A stretch of DNA of 59,415 nucleotides, filler included, from Sphacelaria rigidula (taxonomy: Eukaryota), in assembly GCA_964200075.2 (NCBI GenBank). It is 2 parts of 2 records of this genome, joined end to end, with 100 filler letters (N's around TTAATTAATTAA, not from the genome) between each part and the next. Parts side by side here need not be neighbours in the genome. Positions count along the whole stretch, not along the records: positions 29,799 to 59,415 come from CAXNAA020000076.1; 1 more part is not named here. One strand, 5' to 3'. Shown here one piece after another: positions 36,440 to 49,600 of this stretch. The notes under the pieces are model-generated. The model was given only the letters and a program-made list of their open reading frames with translations, did no database searches and had not been told where the DNA came from. How positions within the stretch are numbered: position 1 is the stretch's first letter; each line of letters starts with the position of its first letter. Both the position numbers and the translations under genes were made by a program.

Positions 36440-39121
36440 CCATAGAGACGCCGCCGGTCGCTGTTCGCACCACAACCGGCGCCCGGGGGCAAGATTACAG
36501 CGACGACCCAATTTTTGAGGACTTCGCGCTGGACAGCAACAGTGCCAATGACAGTATCGACAACATCAACGACAACACCAACGACAGTTTTTTCAACGGC
36601 ATCAGCAATTTGGACGCAGCAGCCGACTCAAATGATTCACCGCTCGGCTCTACGCGGCAACTACGATCGGCAACATCCTCATCTCCGAAACCCGCGGCTA
36701 CCGCCACAAGAAAGTTTTCTCCCTCCCGCCTGAACCAAGCGCGGGCGCTTCGCCAGCTGGCGCTTGCCGTGGACTTCGCTGCACACCAAGAGTCGTACTC
36801 GCTTATGCAACAAGTGAGTCACTACATCGGCATTGTGGGGCTACACAAGGTCACTACTCCGGGGGCCATCCCTGTACCCAACACCTTCGAGGAGGCAATG
36901 GCCTCGCCTCATTCTGCGGAATGGCTGACGGCCGCCTGGAAGGAGCACCAGAGCCTCATCGACCTCCAGGTTTTCGAGTTGGTCCCTCCGGAAGCAGTTC
37001 TTCCAGGCCATAACATCATCGGCTTACGTTGGGTGTTCAAGGTAAAAACGGATGGGCGATTCAAAGGCAGAGTCGTCGGAACGGGCTGGTCGCAGAGGCA
37101 CGGCATAGACTGCGGCAGCACGTTTGCGCCGAGTCAACGCCTCCTTCTTGCCATCGCCGCTGCCAACGGATGGAGCGTCTCAGCCATGGACTTCTCAACA
37201 GCATTTCTCCACGGGAAGCTCGAGGAAGAAGTCTACATGCGGCAGGCGCCGGGGTTCAAAAATAAGAACTCGCGGGGACGACCGTTCATCATGAAGCTGC
37301 ACAAGTCCATCTACGGGCTGCGGCAGTCACCAAAGGTATGGAACAGCACCATAGACGGCGATCTGCGAGCACTCGGCTTCGAACCGACCGTAAGCGACGC
37401 GTGCGTATACGTCAAGGGCAGCGGAGACGACTGCATCATGCTTACTCTGTACGTGGACGACCTCCTCATCACGGGACCCAACTCAGCAATCCTGGCCAAA
37501 CTCCGGAAAGCACTCGTGGACAAGTTTTCTATGACGGATTTTGGCCACGCCACTAAAATCTTGGGGATCGACATCATCCAGGACAAGCAACTAGGCACCA
37601 TCAGCATCAGCCAAAGGCCCTACGTAATGTCGCTACTGAAAAAGTGCGGCAGGTCCGACTGCAACGCAGTACACATACCTGGAATCGGCAACGAGCTGAC
37701 CGCGGAGCCCGAAGGCAGCGTACCGCTCGACAAGGATGACACTCTCGACTACCAGAGCATCGCGGGGTCCCTCATCTTCCTGTGTCAGTGTACCCGCGTG
37801 GGCATCTGCTTCGCAGTGTCACAGGCGGCACGGTTCATGAGCAAGCCAACCTCAGTACACATGGGGGCCGTGAAACGCATTCTGCGATACCTGCGCGGCA
37901 CCCCTGACATTCGCATCACCTACAGCCGGAACAGCAGCTTCGAGCTCACTGGGTTCTGTGACGCCTCTTACGGCACGGGCAACCCGGAGAAGGCTAGGTC
38001 TACATCGGGAAGCATCTACTTACTTGCTGGGGGTGTCGTACACTTCTCGGCTAGCGTTCAGAAAATCTCAGCCCAATCTACCACCGAAGCGGAGCTGATT
38101 GCCATGAGCTCTTGCGCAAAACAAGGCATTTACCTGTGTGGCATCCTCGGAGAGCTCGGATGGAGGACCTTGCGCAGCGCCCGCATATTTTGCGACAACA
38201 AGGGCGCCCTGCTATTCGCGGGACAAGGCTCGTACAGCAGCAGGAGCAAACACCTCGCGATCAGGTTCCCCGGCCTTCGCGATTGGATCACCGACGACAA
38301 GATTATCATCGACCACGTCTCCACGAAGGGTCAGCTCAGCGACATCCTCACCAAGTTCCTGGCTCGGCCCCTCCTCACGGAGATGCTTGCGGCCATCCTC
38401 AGGGGACCGGACCTCCAGCAGGGCAAGCTACCACGTCACCACTCTTCAACTTGAGGAATTCCACGGCTTTTCTTCGCGGTTCTACTTATTTGTTTGCTTT
38501 TCTTGGATTACCAGGATGGTTTAGCTTGGACTACTTACTTAGCGGACTGTATCAACGGTTTCCTTTTTGTGTATGTAGCGTAACGACGGCTGCAATATGA
38601 GCATACTTTGTTTTTGCTTCGCCTCTCCTTCTTTTGTTCGGACGGTCAGGACATCGGTAATGATATTTGTCAGCGTGCCTGTTCAACCTTCTCTGTAGAA
38701 AGCTTCCATCACGGGGGCGCACTTCGTAGCATTTATCGATATAGGCTTCCATCGCGGGGGCGTGTTAGAACAACAGATTTGTTATTGGTCTCTTATTTCG
38801 ATAGTCACTCATATCGGGTAAATAGCAGTACAACTTCCGCATCCTCAAAGGATTGCAACTGTTCTAAGATTGTTAGCGGAGCTTCCGTCTCTGTCGGGTT
38901 AATGTAAAGTTCTAGGGTTCTCATTACTTTGTTCTAGAGTTCTGTCGGGCTAATGTAAGTCGTAGGATTCTCATAAGTAAGAATAGTCTCATAAGTAAGA
39001 ACTTAGGCGTAGCGCATTGATCCGAGGGTACTTGTGGGTTGCCCCCACACCCTCTCACTCTCTTTTTCTTCTTCACTCTCTTCACTGAGATTCTCGGCCA
39101 CAAAAGCGCCAATTTCCAACA
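36440..39121 (+). mobile_element. 5'-truncated Ty1/copia LTR retrotransposon with 3' LTR
   Basis: RT-RNase H ORF, then a G-rich tract GCGGGGGCG, then an LTR TGTT(38763)...AACA(39121). No gag, protease, integrase core or 5' LTR seen. Confidence 0.85.
36610..38454 (+). CDS. Copia reverse transcriptase + RNase H (pol C-terminus)
   Basis: PNTFEEAM, RWVFKVK, FKGRVV, MDFSTAFLHG, SIYGLRQSP, LYVDDLLI, GFCDASY, STTEAELIA, IFCDNKGA, DILTK. Confidence 0.93.
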   Translation: MDAAADSNDSPLGSTRQLRSATSSSPKPAATATRKFSPSRLNQARALRQLALAVDFAAHQESYSLMQQVSHYIGIVGLHKVTTPGAIPVPNTFEEAMASPHSAEWLTAAWKEHQSLIDLQVFELVPPEAVLPGHNIIGLRWVFKVKTDGRFKGRVVGTGWSQRHGIDCGSTFAPSQRLLLAIAAANGWSVSAMDFSTAFLHGKLEEEVYMRQAPGFKNKNSRGRPFIMKLHKSIYGLRQSPKVWNSTIDGDLRALGFEPTVSDACVYVKGSGDDCIMLTLYVDDLLITGPNSAILAKLRKALVDKFSMTDFGHATKILGIDIIQDKQLGTISISQRPYVMSLLKKCGRSDCNAVHIPGIGNELTAEPEGSVPLDKDDTLDYQSIAGSLIFLCQCTRVGICFAVSQAARFMSKPTSVHMGAVKRILRYLRGTPDIRITYSRNSSFELTGFCDASYGTGNPEKARSTSGSIYLLAGGVVHFSASVQKISAQSTTEAELIAMSSCAKQGIYLCGILGELGWRTLRSARIFCDNKGALLFAGQGSYSSRSKHLAIRFPGLRDWITDDKIIIDHVSTKGQLSDILTKFLARPLLTEMLAAILRGPDLQQGKLPRHHSST

Positions 39122-40679
39122 TCAGTCTTTTCGACAAGCAAGTATGCTTTACCGCCACTTCGTGCTGGCTCTGTGCATCTCCTTGAGATATCACGCTACA
39201 TCAAGAACTACCTCGTTCTTTCATTCACACTTGACACCAACCAATGCAGAGGTGTCAGGATGTGACTGCATCGGTGAGAAGCCTGAGAGTACAGCTTTGG
39301 AATCGATATCATCTGGCACGAGCTATGAATCATTATTCCACAGGGTCTCCAAGAACCGAACACATCATGAAATGACGTCCCTACTTGGCCGTTGGCCACT
39401 TTCCCTCTATTCTTTGTACTTGGTATCATTTGGCTACATACAGTACAAACGAAATCCCCGGTGTAGAGTTGGTACAAAAAACTAGCATGCCACGACGACA
39501 TTGTGATTGATGACTCATGAAGAACAAATGTCAACGCGTATGATAATTACCCGCATGCGAGGGTGTACGTCGTACCACCGCGTCCCGCATACGAAGTAGC
39601 CCAATATGCCCCAGTAAATACACCCGGGAACAAGCGAATGCCGGGGTGGGGTGTCTCACGATCTTGCGCCGGGGGGGGGGGGGGGGGCACCTGGATCATG
39701 CCCTCCAAAGTCACAAAACCCTTAACGGCGGGGGGGGGGGGGGGGGAGAAAAGGGGGGGGGGGGGGGGGGGAGGAGGGGTGAGGGGGGAGAAGAAAAGTG
39801 GCGGGGGGGGGGGGGGGGGGGGGAGGGGGAAGAAAATGTTTAGCCACCTAATGCCAGGTGAAGACCAAGTAGATCATCTGTTCATTGATCTCGCAAGCAA
39901 TAATGAGCTGTGACGATACATATTTCGGTCTAACTGTTGCCAACGTTGAAACTTGGGCGCTACGTGAAATTTGGGAAATAATGATTGTCTTTTCTCCTAC
40001 GTGGTCAGAAGACATACCTACAGAAACAATCATACTTTCACAGTACAGTAAAATATACCGCAACATACTGCAACAACACAGACATTGAATAGTGGGAAAA
40101 TGCCCAAGTACACACACAAAAAATGAATAGGAAACACACCCTGGCGCGTGTTTGCCTAAACTCGACTCCGTGCCTGGTATCCCCATTGATGAGAGAAAGC
40201 CTAAGCTCACGTTGCCCTCGTGGATTGGATAGATGCAGAAATGAAGTCCCTTGCCTTTATATCCACTTCCACTTGAAATCCTCCCCCGAGTCTTTGTCCC
40301 CCATGACTATTTGAGAGGGCAACTTTCTCCACGGATTCCCCCCTATTGTTACGCACGCAACCAAATTTCTGACCCGTATGAAATATAATCTGTCCCCCCT
40401 TCGTCCGCCTGTGTATCCCTCAATCATCAAACAATTCAACATGTCCGTCCACACATTATCCCTGTAGTCAACAGCGCATCGTGTGACCAGGTCACGCCTA
40501 TGCGAAAGCATGGTACCTCCAACTCAAAAAATAACCAGATCAAAAACGACCAGTTTAACTCGGAACGCCACCGCAGGTGGCAGGGCATAAAGAGCACAGA
40601 CCCATCCGCAAACATAGTAGTGGCTCAAGCTTCAATCGCTTTTGTGCACGTGAAGATGAGGGCCGTCCTGTCTATGCCT

Positions 40680-43600
40680 TTAGGCGGGAGTCCACGACGC
40701 CCCGGGTCGGGGGTGTCCCCCTCCCGAAGGAGCACTTCCTGCCGGAGGAGTGGCGGTGAGGCCCCCGGGACCACTGCCAGTGCCTCCTGCCGAAATGGAG
40801 GCAATAAAATTTTCCAATTCCTGCAGATAACCACACCGCAGTGGCGCAAAAATAAAACACCAAGAAAACAGTATTTCGTTTCAGGGATAAACGGGTACGA
40901 TTTGGGATTACTGCTCCTATTACTCCTTTGTTACAAAAAGTGGTTACGTGACAAAAACGAATTGGGGGGGGGGGGACGAGGGGAGCGTACTTTGCCGGGC
41001 ATGGGGGAGACGCTTTTGCACAGAACTTTATGATCTGGTGACACCGGTTTTAAGAGGTTTCCCTAGGTATTCCAGTATGCAACGAGAGCTATGCGTGTAA
41101 ATTATGGGTGCGCGGTTCCGACGGGAGGGCGGAGCCGCTCAGTGCCTACCCGACACCTTGCTCTCTTGAACCGGAAATCGCAAGATCGGAGAGAGCTTGC
41201 CGGGTGTTTACGTTATCCGACTCATTTATATCATCAAGTCATACAAACCTGAACGCGAGTCGGCATGGCCTTGGGCGTCTCCCCTGTAAGGGTCTGGGGC
41301 AAGTTTCGCACAACACGCTCCAGCTCCATGATATGCATAGGCGTCTCCGGCTTGTTGGGGTCGTAGTCGACCTGGCAACCGATCTGGTACTTGTACTCAC
41401 CTGTGTCATATTGCGTGTTCATCCATGTCCGAGTTTATACGAGAATGTATGGGTACTACAAGTCAAGCACAACGTCCTCAACCTTCGTATTCCATTTAGT
41501 AGCGGCGGAGCGATTCTCCCAGGCAGTAATGGTCAAGGGCCTGAAGTCTCCGATGCATGCAACAGCTCTGAGTATAGTGTACAGCACCATGTGTGTTGTT
41601 GTGCGGGCCTTACCGTCCACGTTGAAAACAGGAGTCAGGCAAAGGCACAGCTGGTACACGCTTCCGTCTGGCTTGTGGTTCTGCAGTTTGCAGAAAAGAG
41701 GATCGGCGTGGCGAAGGGATTCCATGATTTCCTCCACCATGTAGCCCTCCGTCATTGGCCCCTGAAGAAACTTGGCATTACGCCCAATGTTCTCTTTCCC
41801 GTAGCCTGGGACAATGGTGTACAGGGAACAGCACGTTAACACCGTCGAATCTCTACGGGTCGCCGAATCGGAATACCGCAAAGATTTACTGCAGTTCAGA
41901 TATTTGATGAAATACGACTTCATCATCATGCAGTTCCTGTCCAATACTACAGTGGCGAAATTACCAGGTAAACTGCAAGTACTGTCAATTCCGTGTACAC
42001 TTTGTTTTGCCCATCTCTTCATTACTGTTGAGTACTTGAATATATCGGGGTGGTTCAATACTAACACAGAATGATTCGTCCATGTTTGGCCATCAACGAG
42101 GGCAGCAACAGAGCAACTGTTGCGAAACACATTTGCAGCTTATTCGGAAACTTGCGATGGCACGCTCACAAACGATCTATACGGTACACCTAAAAGTCTC
42201 GTTCCCTTGTCCTGCCGGTACACTGTGCACTACTGAAATGGAACGAAGGCCTCACCGGTCTGGGCAACAAAGCCATCGTTGAGGTGTGCAATCGGGCACC
42301 CTGGAACGAACATATCGCTAACCACCAGCCCGATCCGAAGGGTCTCGGACATAATCTTGAGCATCTCCATCCAGTAAGTGGGAGAGTCCGGGTCCTGAAG
42401 ATGGAAGATGTACCAAACCGCCCAATTTCTCGTCATAACGATAGTAAAATGAGCGAATCGAAAGAAGGATGTCAGTCGTGTTTTTTTCGTTCCCTATTTT
42501 CGAAGTTTCTGATTTCCGCTCTTGAAAGCGTCATGGCGTGAGTACATGAGGGGACACGAACAGGTTGACTGACTTTGTATGGCGAGAGTTGACGCGTCAC
42601 GGGAGTGCTAATCCACTCCGTGAGACCAAAATGCAAGGCGTGTACCGGGGAAGAGATGGGTTGATCCCTTGAGACCACGGACTCGTCCCGGGGAAGGGGA
42701 GGGGTTCAAAGTGTTACGAGAAAAAAAAATGCAGAGATTGAGAACTTTCACACTCTCCCGACTTTTTCGGGAATCAAAATTCACTCTCCCAGAAAATGTG
42801 GCAGCAAAGTTCTCAACTAGGTCAAGCAATAGATCAATTCAAGACTAGATACATTTTGTGTGTGTACTGTTGTCCCATCCATTCTGGACGCCGGTCTACA
42901 CCTTTCGGTATATGTGAGCGTACCACGGGCCGGGGTCACACAGGAGAAATGTCAACACAGGAGCTTTTTCTTTTTCATTTGTTTATAGTACCGCACCTTC
43001 CTTCTGCGATGCTTGCCTTAATTTTTTATCGCGAGAGGGGCTCAGCAATCTCTTTCCCTCGTCGACCGATAAGTCGAATTTTGTGTACCCACGACATAGT
43101 CGCTCTCCACTGTTGGGCATGGTATGGGAAAAAATCCCAGATCGCTCCGAGAATTGAATCCACGACCCAACCGTCAGAGGGTTTCGACGTTACCAACTAA
43201 GCCACCGGGGCGACCGGTTACATAATATTACCCCGAAAATGTAGCGCTGGATCTTTGTGGCAAGTCAGGAAAATGCTTCATTTTCTCCGAAAGAATCGAA
43301 AAAGTCTGAAAACAAATCCTGTTAATAACGACTCTTGCGGTATATGCATTGGAAACAACCCACATTCAGTAAAAACATCGGATAAGACACATCTTGAATG
43401 GAGAAGGAGAAGGAATGTAGTATCACTCCGTGAACTTTGAGAGGTATCTCTCAAACCTAGTTGGACCAATTGATACACAAACTTGTATCTACGATACTGC
43501 TGGCGGGGCTACGCTGATAAGTTGGGAAAAGTCTTCGGTGCACTGAGTTCGCGACCAAATCTGGAGGCAACTAAACTCATCACCTGGCCGCACGCGACAG

Positions 43601-46600
43601 TCCTGATTGGTAGCTGTTCGCCATTGACCTCGCGTTGTTGAAGAGCATACACGAAGTCACGGGACTGGTTGGCGGCCATGTAGCGCGTGAAGCAATCTTG
43701 CCCGAGGAAGTATAGGCTCATTTCTTGCCACCTACGATCATAAGAATGAAGAGAGTTGCGAGCGATTCCAACTCGGGAACATGATTTCCGCCACACAAAT
43801 GAAAAAAGCACACTGGAGCCATCGGTAGCGATAGACACATAGACCATCCGCGCGTGTGCTATGGATATAGTGTTGGCCACTATATACATATCTAGACTAC
43901 CTCTTGCGTCGCGGAGACGGGGATATGTGCGACACATGTGCTTCACCTTGCCATTTCTTGAATAAGCGGCGGCCACCCCGTGCGGTTGAGGTTGCCAATG
44001 ACGATCTCATTGGTGGTGCAGTAGAACAGAGAGTTCTTCCACATCCTCCTGTGCAGCTCTCTGGCGGCTTGAATCTGGTAACGGGGAAATCGTGTTTACT
44101 GTACTGTATCACGTTCTCTGCGTCAAACGGGAAATGTGCCATGTTGATCGGAGCATACCCGAGCTGTTTTCGAACCTTGAGTGTCAGTGGGACAAGGCAG
44201 TCTCAACGCCTACCAAGGGTCAAAACACCTATACGTAAGATGACCCTGACCTGCTGAGGTCCCTGTGACATGAGAATTTGCTGTGCCTCGACCCAGAAGC
44301 GAAGGTGGGTCTGCGACATTTGAGAGCCGTATTGCTTGAGGAAGCTGTCGAAGGACATGAAGCCAGCTTGGTCCATAAGCATGCATCGCAGGGCACCTAC
44401 AGGGTCCTGCAGCCACATTATCTTGGTGAAGGCAAATATCGTACCGTCGTAGTTGTCGGTCTGACCCATCACCCTGACGGAACGAAATACAATGGAGGAG
44501 AGGCAGCCGTGTGTCGAATCAGTGTTGAGTTCCACATTCGGATGGGGACCCAAAACCCAAATGGTGGAGCATACGTGCGCTGTGTGTCGAAACATACTCA
44601 AAGCTGTCTATGTATCAAATACATACGTCCACGAGGCGCTTACCCTGCGGCCTTCTTCTTTTTCTTGAACTTATTCTTTGGACGCGCGCCGCCGGCTGCT
44701 GCTTCTTTCTCCTCCCGTTGTTCACCAGCAGTGAGGATTTGTTCCTTGGCGGCAATCATGGTGTTGGCTTCACCTGTGGTCTTCGCCGCCAGCGCCCCGC
44801 GAGCTTGCGCTGACGCCTTCGACTTCAGGTTCAGCCGGCTGGGCAACAGACGAAGGAGCTTGTCCAGCTGCACTAGTCGCTTCTTCAGGCCCTTGTCTTC
44901 CATAATCTCGAATTGAACGCCGATGACGTACCGGTAGATGTTGTCACCGTCGAACACGGGCTTCATGGAGAGCAAGTTCTGGAACTTCTCGCCGTTCTTG
45001 CGGTAGTTGGTCAGTTTCACGTGACAGTCCTGCCCCTTCGACAGGGTGTTGCGGATTACAGCGATGGATTCCGGCTCGGTGTCTGGCCCCTGGAGGAATC
45101 GGCAGTTTCGACCGACGGCCTCTTCCTTGGTGTAGCCAGTAGTTTTGGTGAACTCGCCGTTGATGTAGACCATGGGGGCCCCCGGGATAGTCATGTCGGA
45201 TATGACGATGCAGGCAGGGAAGGATTCCGCTGAAGAGATAAACATGTTAAGCCAGTCATCGGCGTCTTGAGGCATCTTGGATCCAGCCGTGCTCAGGGCA
45301 CCTTCGAGTGCAGCCGACTGTAGGTAGATATTCGACCCAGCGAGGCAGGGGCACGACACATGCGATTTGCAAGTTTTGGATATTGCAAGGCATTCGGATC
45401 AGTTGAATGACACCTACAGTACATCACGAAACTGTGCTGTGCCATTGTGTATCGGGCAAGACGAGGTGCAAGAATAAAGTCGGCCGGGTAGCACAAGAGT
45501 GAGCTCCCGAGGTTTAAATATAAACATGGAGGATTCGTCCGGCACGTCTATCGCTGGTGCTTATGTTGATAGTTCACCTCTCCGGCGTTGGACTTCTTGC
45601 GCAGCTCGTCCATGACCGCCTCGCAATACTTGGACTTTAGGAATCGCGGGAAAGCGTCGAACGCGAGCATGTTTAGTGTCTTGTCTGCCTCATCCGTCAC
45701 AAGTGCAACAGCAGACTCGGGCGTCACCGCCTCACCCGACTCCTTGTTGCACTTGTCCCAGAGTTCCTGCGTGCCCTTAGTACGGTCCTGAGCTCCAATA
45801 CCTGATCCTTGGGCGGCGACGAACTGAGTGTATACCTTCATCGCAGCATCTTGCTGCGCCTGTCCAGACATGTCGATCATCTTCTGCGCTTCGAGGAAAA
45901 ACTCTAGCTGTGCATCGCCATACTCGGTTCCTAGAAATGCCAGCATTTGCTTCTGAGCAACCTGTTTTTTGGAACGATGCCAGGATTAGGGTAGGAGATG
46001 GGAGGGAGGTCGAACGGGGCAAGCCATCTACCGCAGAAGAGGCAACATGATGTTGACATACTCGAATCGAAACAAAAGAAAGCATATTCATATGCCAGGT
46101 TGACCTCTTCGAGTTGAGCGTCAAATCGAACAGGGTAGGAACTCAGCATATAATTGTATGACGTGTTGAGTACACAAAGATGCATTGCCAGCAGGATTAT
46201 CAACGGAAAACACTAGCAAGTGGGATCAAAACCCGCGACAACACATCCCCCGTAACTTCGCTGTTGTACAAGTAGCCCAGTACACGAATAGATCGGCTAC
46301 CTACCTCGCTCTTCAGAACATTCCGGAGAGACGCGGCGGCATCTTGCATCCACAGCGACTTGGTGAAGTCCAGCATCGCAGATTTGTGCTTCTTGCCAAA
46401 CTTCTTGCCGTAGTGAGTCTTGTTTTTTTTGCCGCCCACCGTGATCTCCGACTTGATTTGATCCCCCACCTCTTGCTCGCTTCCACCAGAAGGTATCCCA
46501 GGAGGCATGCCCATCATGCCTGGTGCACCCATTCCTGTTGCCGGGATTGCCGACATATCCAACACTCGAGGAGGTAGGTTCCCGTCTCCCGTGTAGTCCA

Positions 46601-49600
46601 AGGGAACCACGCGTTGTAAGTCCTTCCGTGTGCAGGAGAATAGGGGTACGACAATACGTATCAAGGATAAATGGGTATTTCTACAGCGTTGGGCTCCCAG
46701 GTACCAACGCTCCAACGATGCCTGCATCACCCCCCCCCAAGGCCCCTCGGCTTGACGCGTACTAGTTGACGTGATCACTCACGAACACTTTCGGACAAGC
46801 ACACTTCTGCATAGGGTACACATGTGAAAACGGTGCTTTGTCCTCAATATAATTATAGTCGTGGTAACATTTACTTATTTTGAAGGGGCACTCCACATAT
46901 TTATATGTACATACACATGAAGTCAATGACTTTGAATAACCCTACGCCACCTTGAAGTGATTCTCACATCGTTGTTATCCCCACATATTGAGCTGGGTAG
47001 AAGCCGAAGAACACGCTCCATCTCGATGATTTGCGCTGTCATACCCGGATGAGCATGTAGTTCGACTTGCATACCCACCTTCTCACGCATAAACACCGCG
47101 AGCAAGTCAGAATGAAAGCGGGCAACATGTGAGGCTGGAGCGTAAAATAGCACTGGCGGGACGTTCGGAACGCGTGCTCGTCGTTCTTGTACAAAGCGTG
47201 AGGCAATACCAGGCCGAAATATTATATATCCAGCACACACCTGGTAGAGGTATTCCCCCTCCGACCCGAAAATGGGGTGGAGGCAAAGTAAGTTCTGGAA
47301 CTTGCGACCATCGGCCTTGTGGTTGTGAAGTTTGCAACAAAGGGGTTCGTGCTGTTGAAGGGCATGCATAATCTCCGTCACCATGTACTCCTCGGTTTCT
47401 TCTCCTTGCAAAAACTTTGAGTTCCGTCCGATGTTCTCCTTCCCGTATCCTGGCAACGTGAAGCGCCAACACAGGGATAATGAAGGTGATCGATCAACTC
47501 TCATTTTGTGTGCCGAAATGTTGAAAAAGGCAAAGCGAAGCCTAGAACTGTTCGATCCGCGTGACAAGTCCGCTTTGACTGAGGAGAGGTACACAAGCAA
47601 AAGAAATACGCGGTGCTCACGGCTTCAGGGTAAAGAGCGATGAAAAATTTCAGGGTAAAGATACCCGATGCTGGCCATGAGATATGCGCCATTTTCGCTG
47701 GTGAAGTCACAACGCCGCCAGCAACAGATCGATGCTCATCCCTACCGGTTACGGTCTTGAAGCCCTCGTTGATGTACGCGAGAGGGCAGCCTGGGACGTT
47801 CATATCGGCCACCACCATCCCCACCGAAACGGTTTCAGACATCGTCTTGAACATTTCCAGCCAAAACTGGGAGGAGTTCTGGTTCTTGTCTTTGGCAACT
47901 GTCTCGATGGGAGGCTGTAAACACAGAGGGTAGGACACAAGTAGACGCGGACAAGTGTGTTAGAGCGTGACCACCACTGCTTGGAAAGCCATACACGTGT
48001 TTTGCTGCAGACATGTGCCAACCGTGTTCATCATGTATACTGTACGTGTTTTGCTCTTCTGAGAACACCATGTCTGTTTCATGTGTCACACACCTTCTCC
48101 CCAGCGATTTCACGCGCGCGAAGCTGCTTGACCATTGCGAGTCCGAACCTAGAGTTGAGGAAACGGGGGAGCATGTCCGTTGCCAGGAAGTACAACGACT
48201 GCTGCGCCTTTGCTTCGATCTGCAGATGTCGATCGACGGTAAGGAGTGAAGTGGTTACTTTACGGTTCCACACACATTTCGAGTTCCACAACGTGCCGAA
48301 TGGGTGGAAGCCAAGCTGGGAAAAGGGGCAGATATGGTCATTCTTGCATTAATATGCGCATTTACCTCAGCATGAATCGGAGTCATGTCGGTCTTGGGCA
48401 TATCGCCCACCACGATCTCATTGTTGGTGCAGTAGAACAGCTGGTTGTGGTCCATGACGCGGTGCATGGTCTTGGAAACCTTGTCCTTCTCATTCGCGGG
48501 CGTATTACGTAGTACTTCGGACTGACACACGTCCGGAGGTGATGGTCAAGGGGCGCATATATGGGATGTTTTGCTAAGTCAAATGGGGACACGTCAAGTC
48601 GATATAGACACCTTCGGAACAGAATAGAGAGCCCCAACAGTTGTACAAGAGCAATCATGTGCGGATGGAAGTTGCCCCCCCCCCCCCCACGGCAAGTATA
48701 CAGTACAATGTCGCAGCTTGTCGATACCCGATCGTGTTTTAGCATGTGTTGTTTCAGTATGTGCGGCGCGCCACTCATCAATCACCTGCACATAGAACTC
48801 GAAATGCCCCTCGAATACCACAGAGCATGTCTTGACGTACTCCGTAAGGACTGCTCGGCAGGGCCAGTCAGCAACCAGCGCAGATAGTGTTTTCATGGGA
48901 TTGGCGAGCCACATGATCCTTGTGAACGAAAAGACGGTGTTGTCGAAGTTCATATGCGCGCAGTCCATGTCAATCTGCGGAGGACAACGGCACGGCGACA
49001 TGGGTACATTAGGACTGTCGAACCACGGAAAATACATGAAAACATATATTCCCATGGAGACCTTCTTGTTTCACCCTACAAGTATTACTTCTCCATCTAC
49101 ACGCACCTCATCTTCGAGCATGGCTCTCGGTCCAGATTGAACAGCGTCGCCGGCTTCGGCTTCACTTTTAACGATCGATTCCTTGTCCAACAAAGCGGTG
49201 TTAGCCTGGGGAAAAGAAGACACGCATCGATATATTCACTTCTACAGAGTACTCTTGAATGGTCCATGCAAACAAGCGGGATCTCGGGCTGTGCAGTGCC
49301 ATCGTTGGGTTTTGAAGGTTGCACCACTGCAAGCGTTCGTCGCGCGTGCTCGATGCAACGAAGTAACATGCCCCTCGATATAGTCAACGACATCGCTTGC
49401 GAAACGGTTTACGACGACTCAAATCACCGTCAAAACTGGGGGTAATTTGCCACTAATACAAGTGCTGCTGCGAATAAAAATATCGGGACAGCACGAAATG
49501 ATTGTCGTTCTTAACTCACTTCACCAGTTGTCTTTGAAGCCATCTTGCCGCGCATCCTGGCCTTGGCCTTCGACTTCAGGTTCAGCCGGCTGGGCAACAG

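Noticed and set aside
39563-39913. Poly-glycine ORFs
   Set aside because: Produced by poly-G runs; no other coding signal.
44640-44643. Stop codon ending a shorter LOV protein (two genes instead of one)
   Set aside because: The TAA falls inside a consensus GG|GTAAGC donor that joins in phase to exon 44473-44251, restoring the repeat symmetry.
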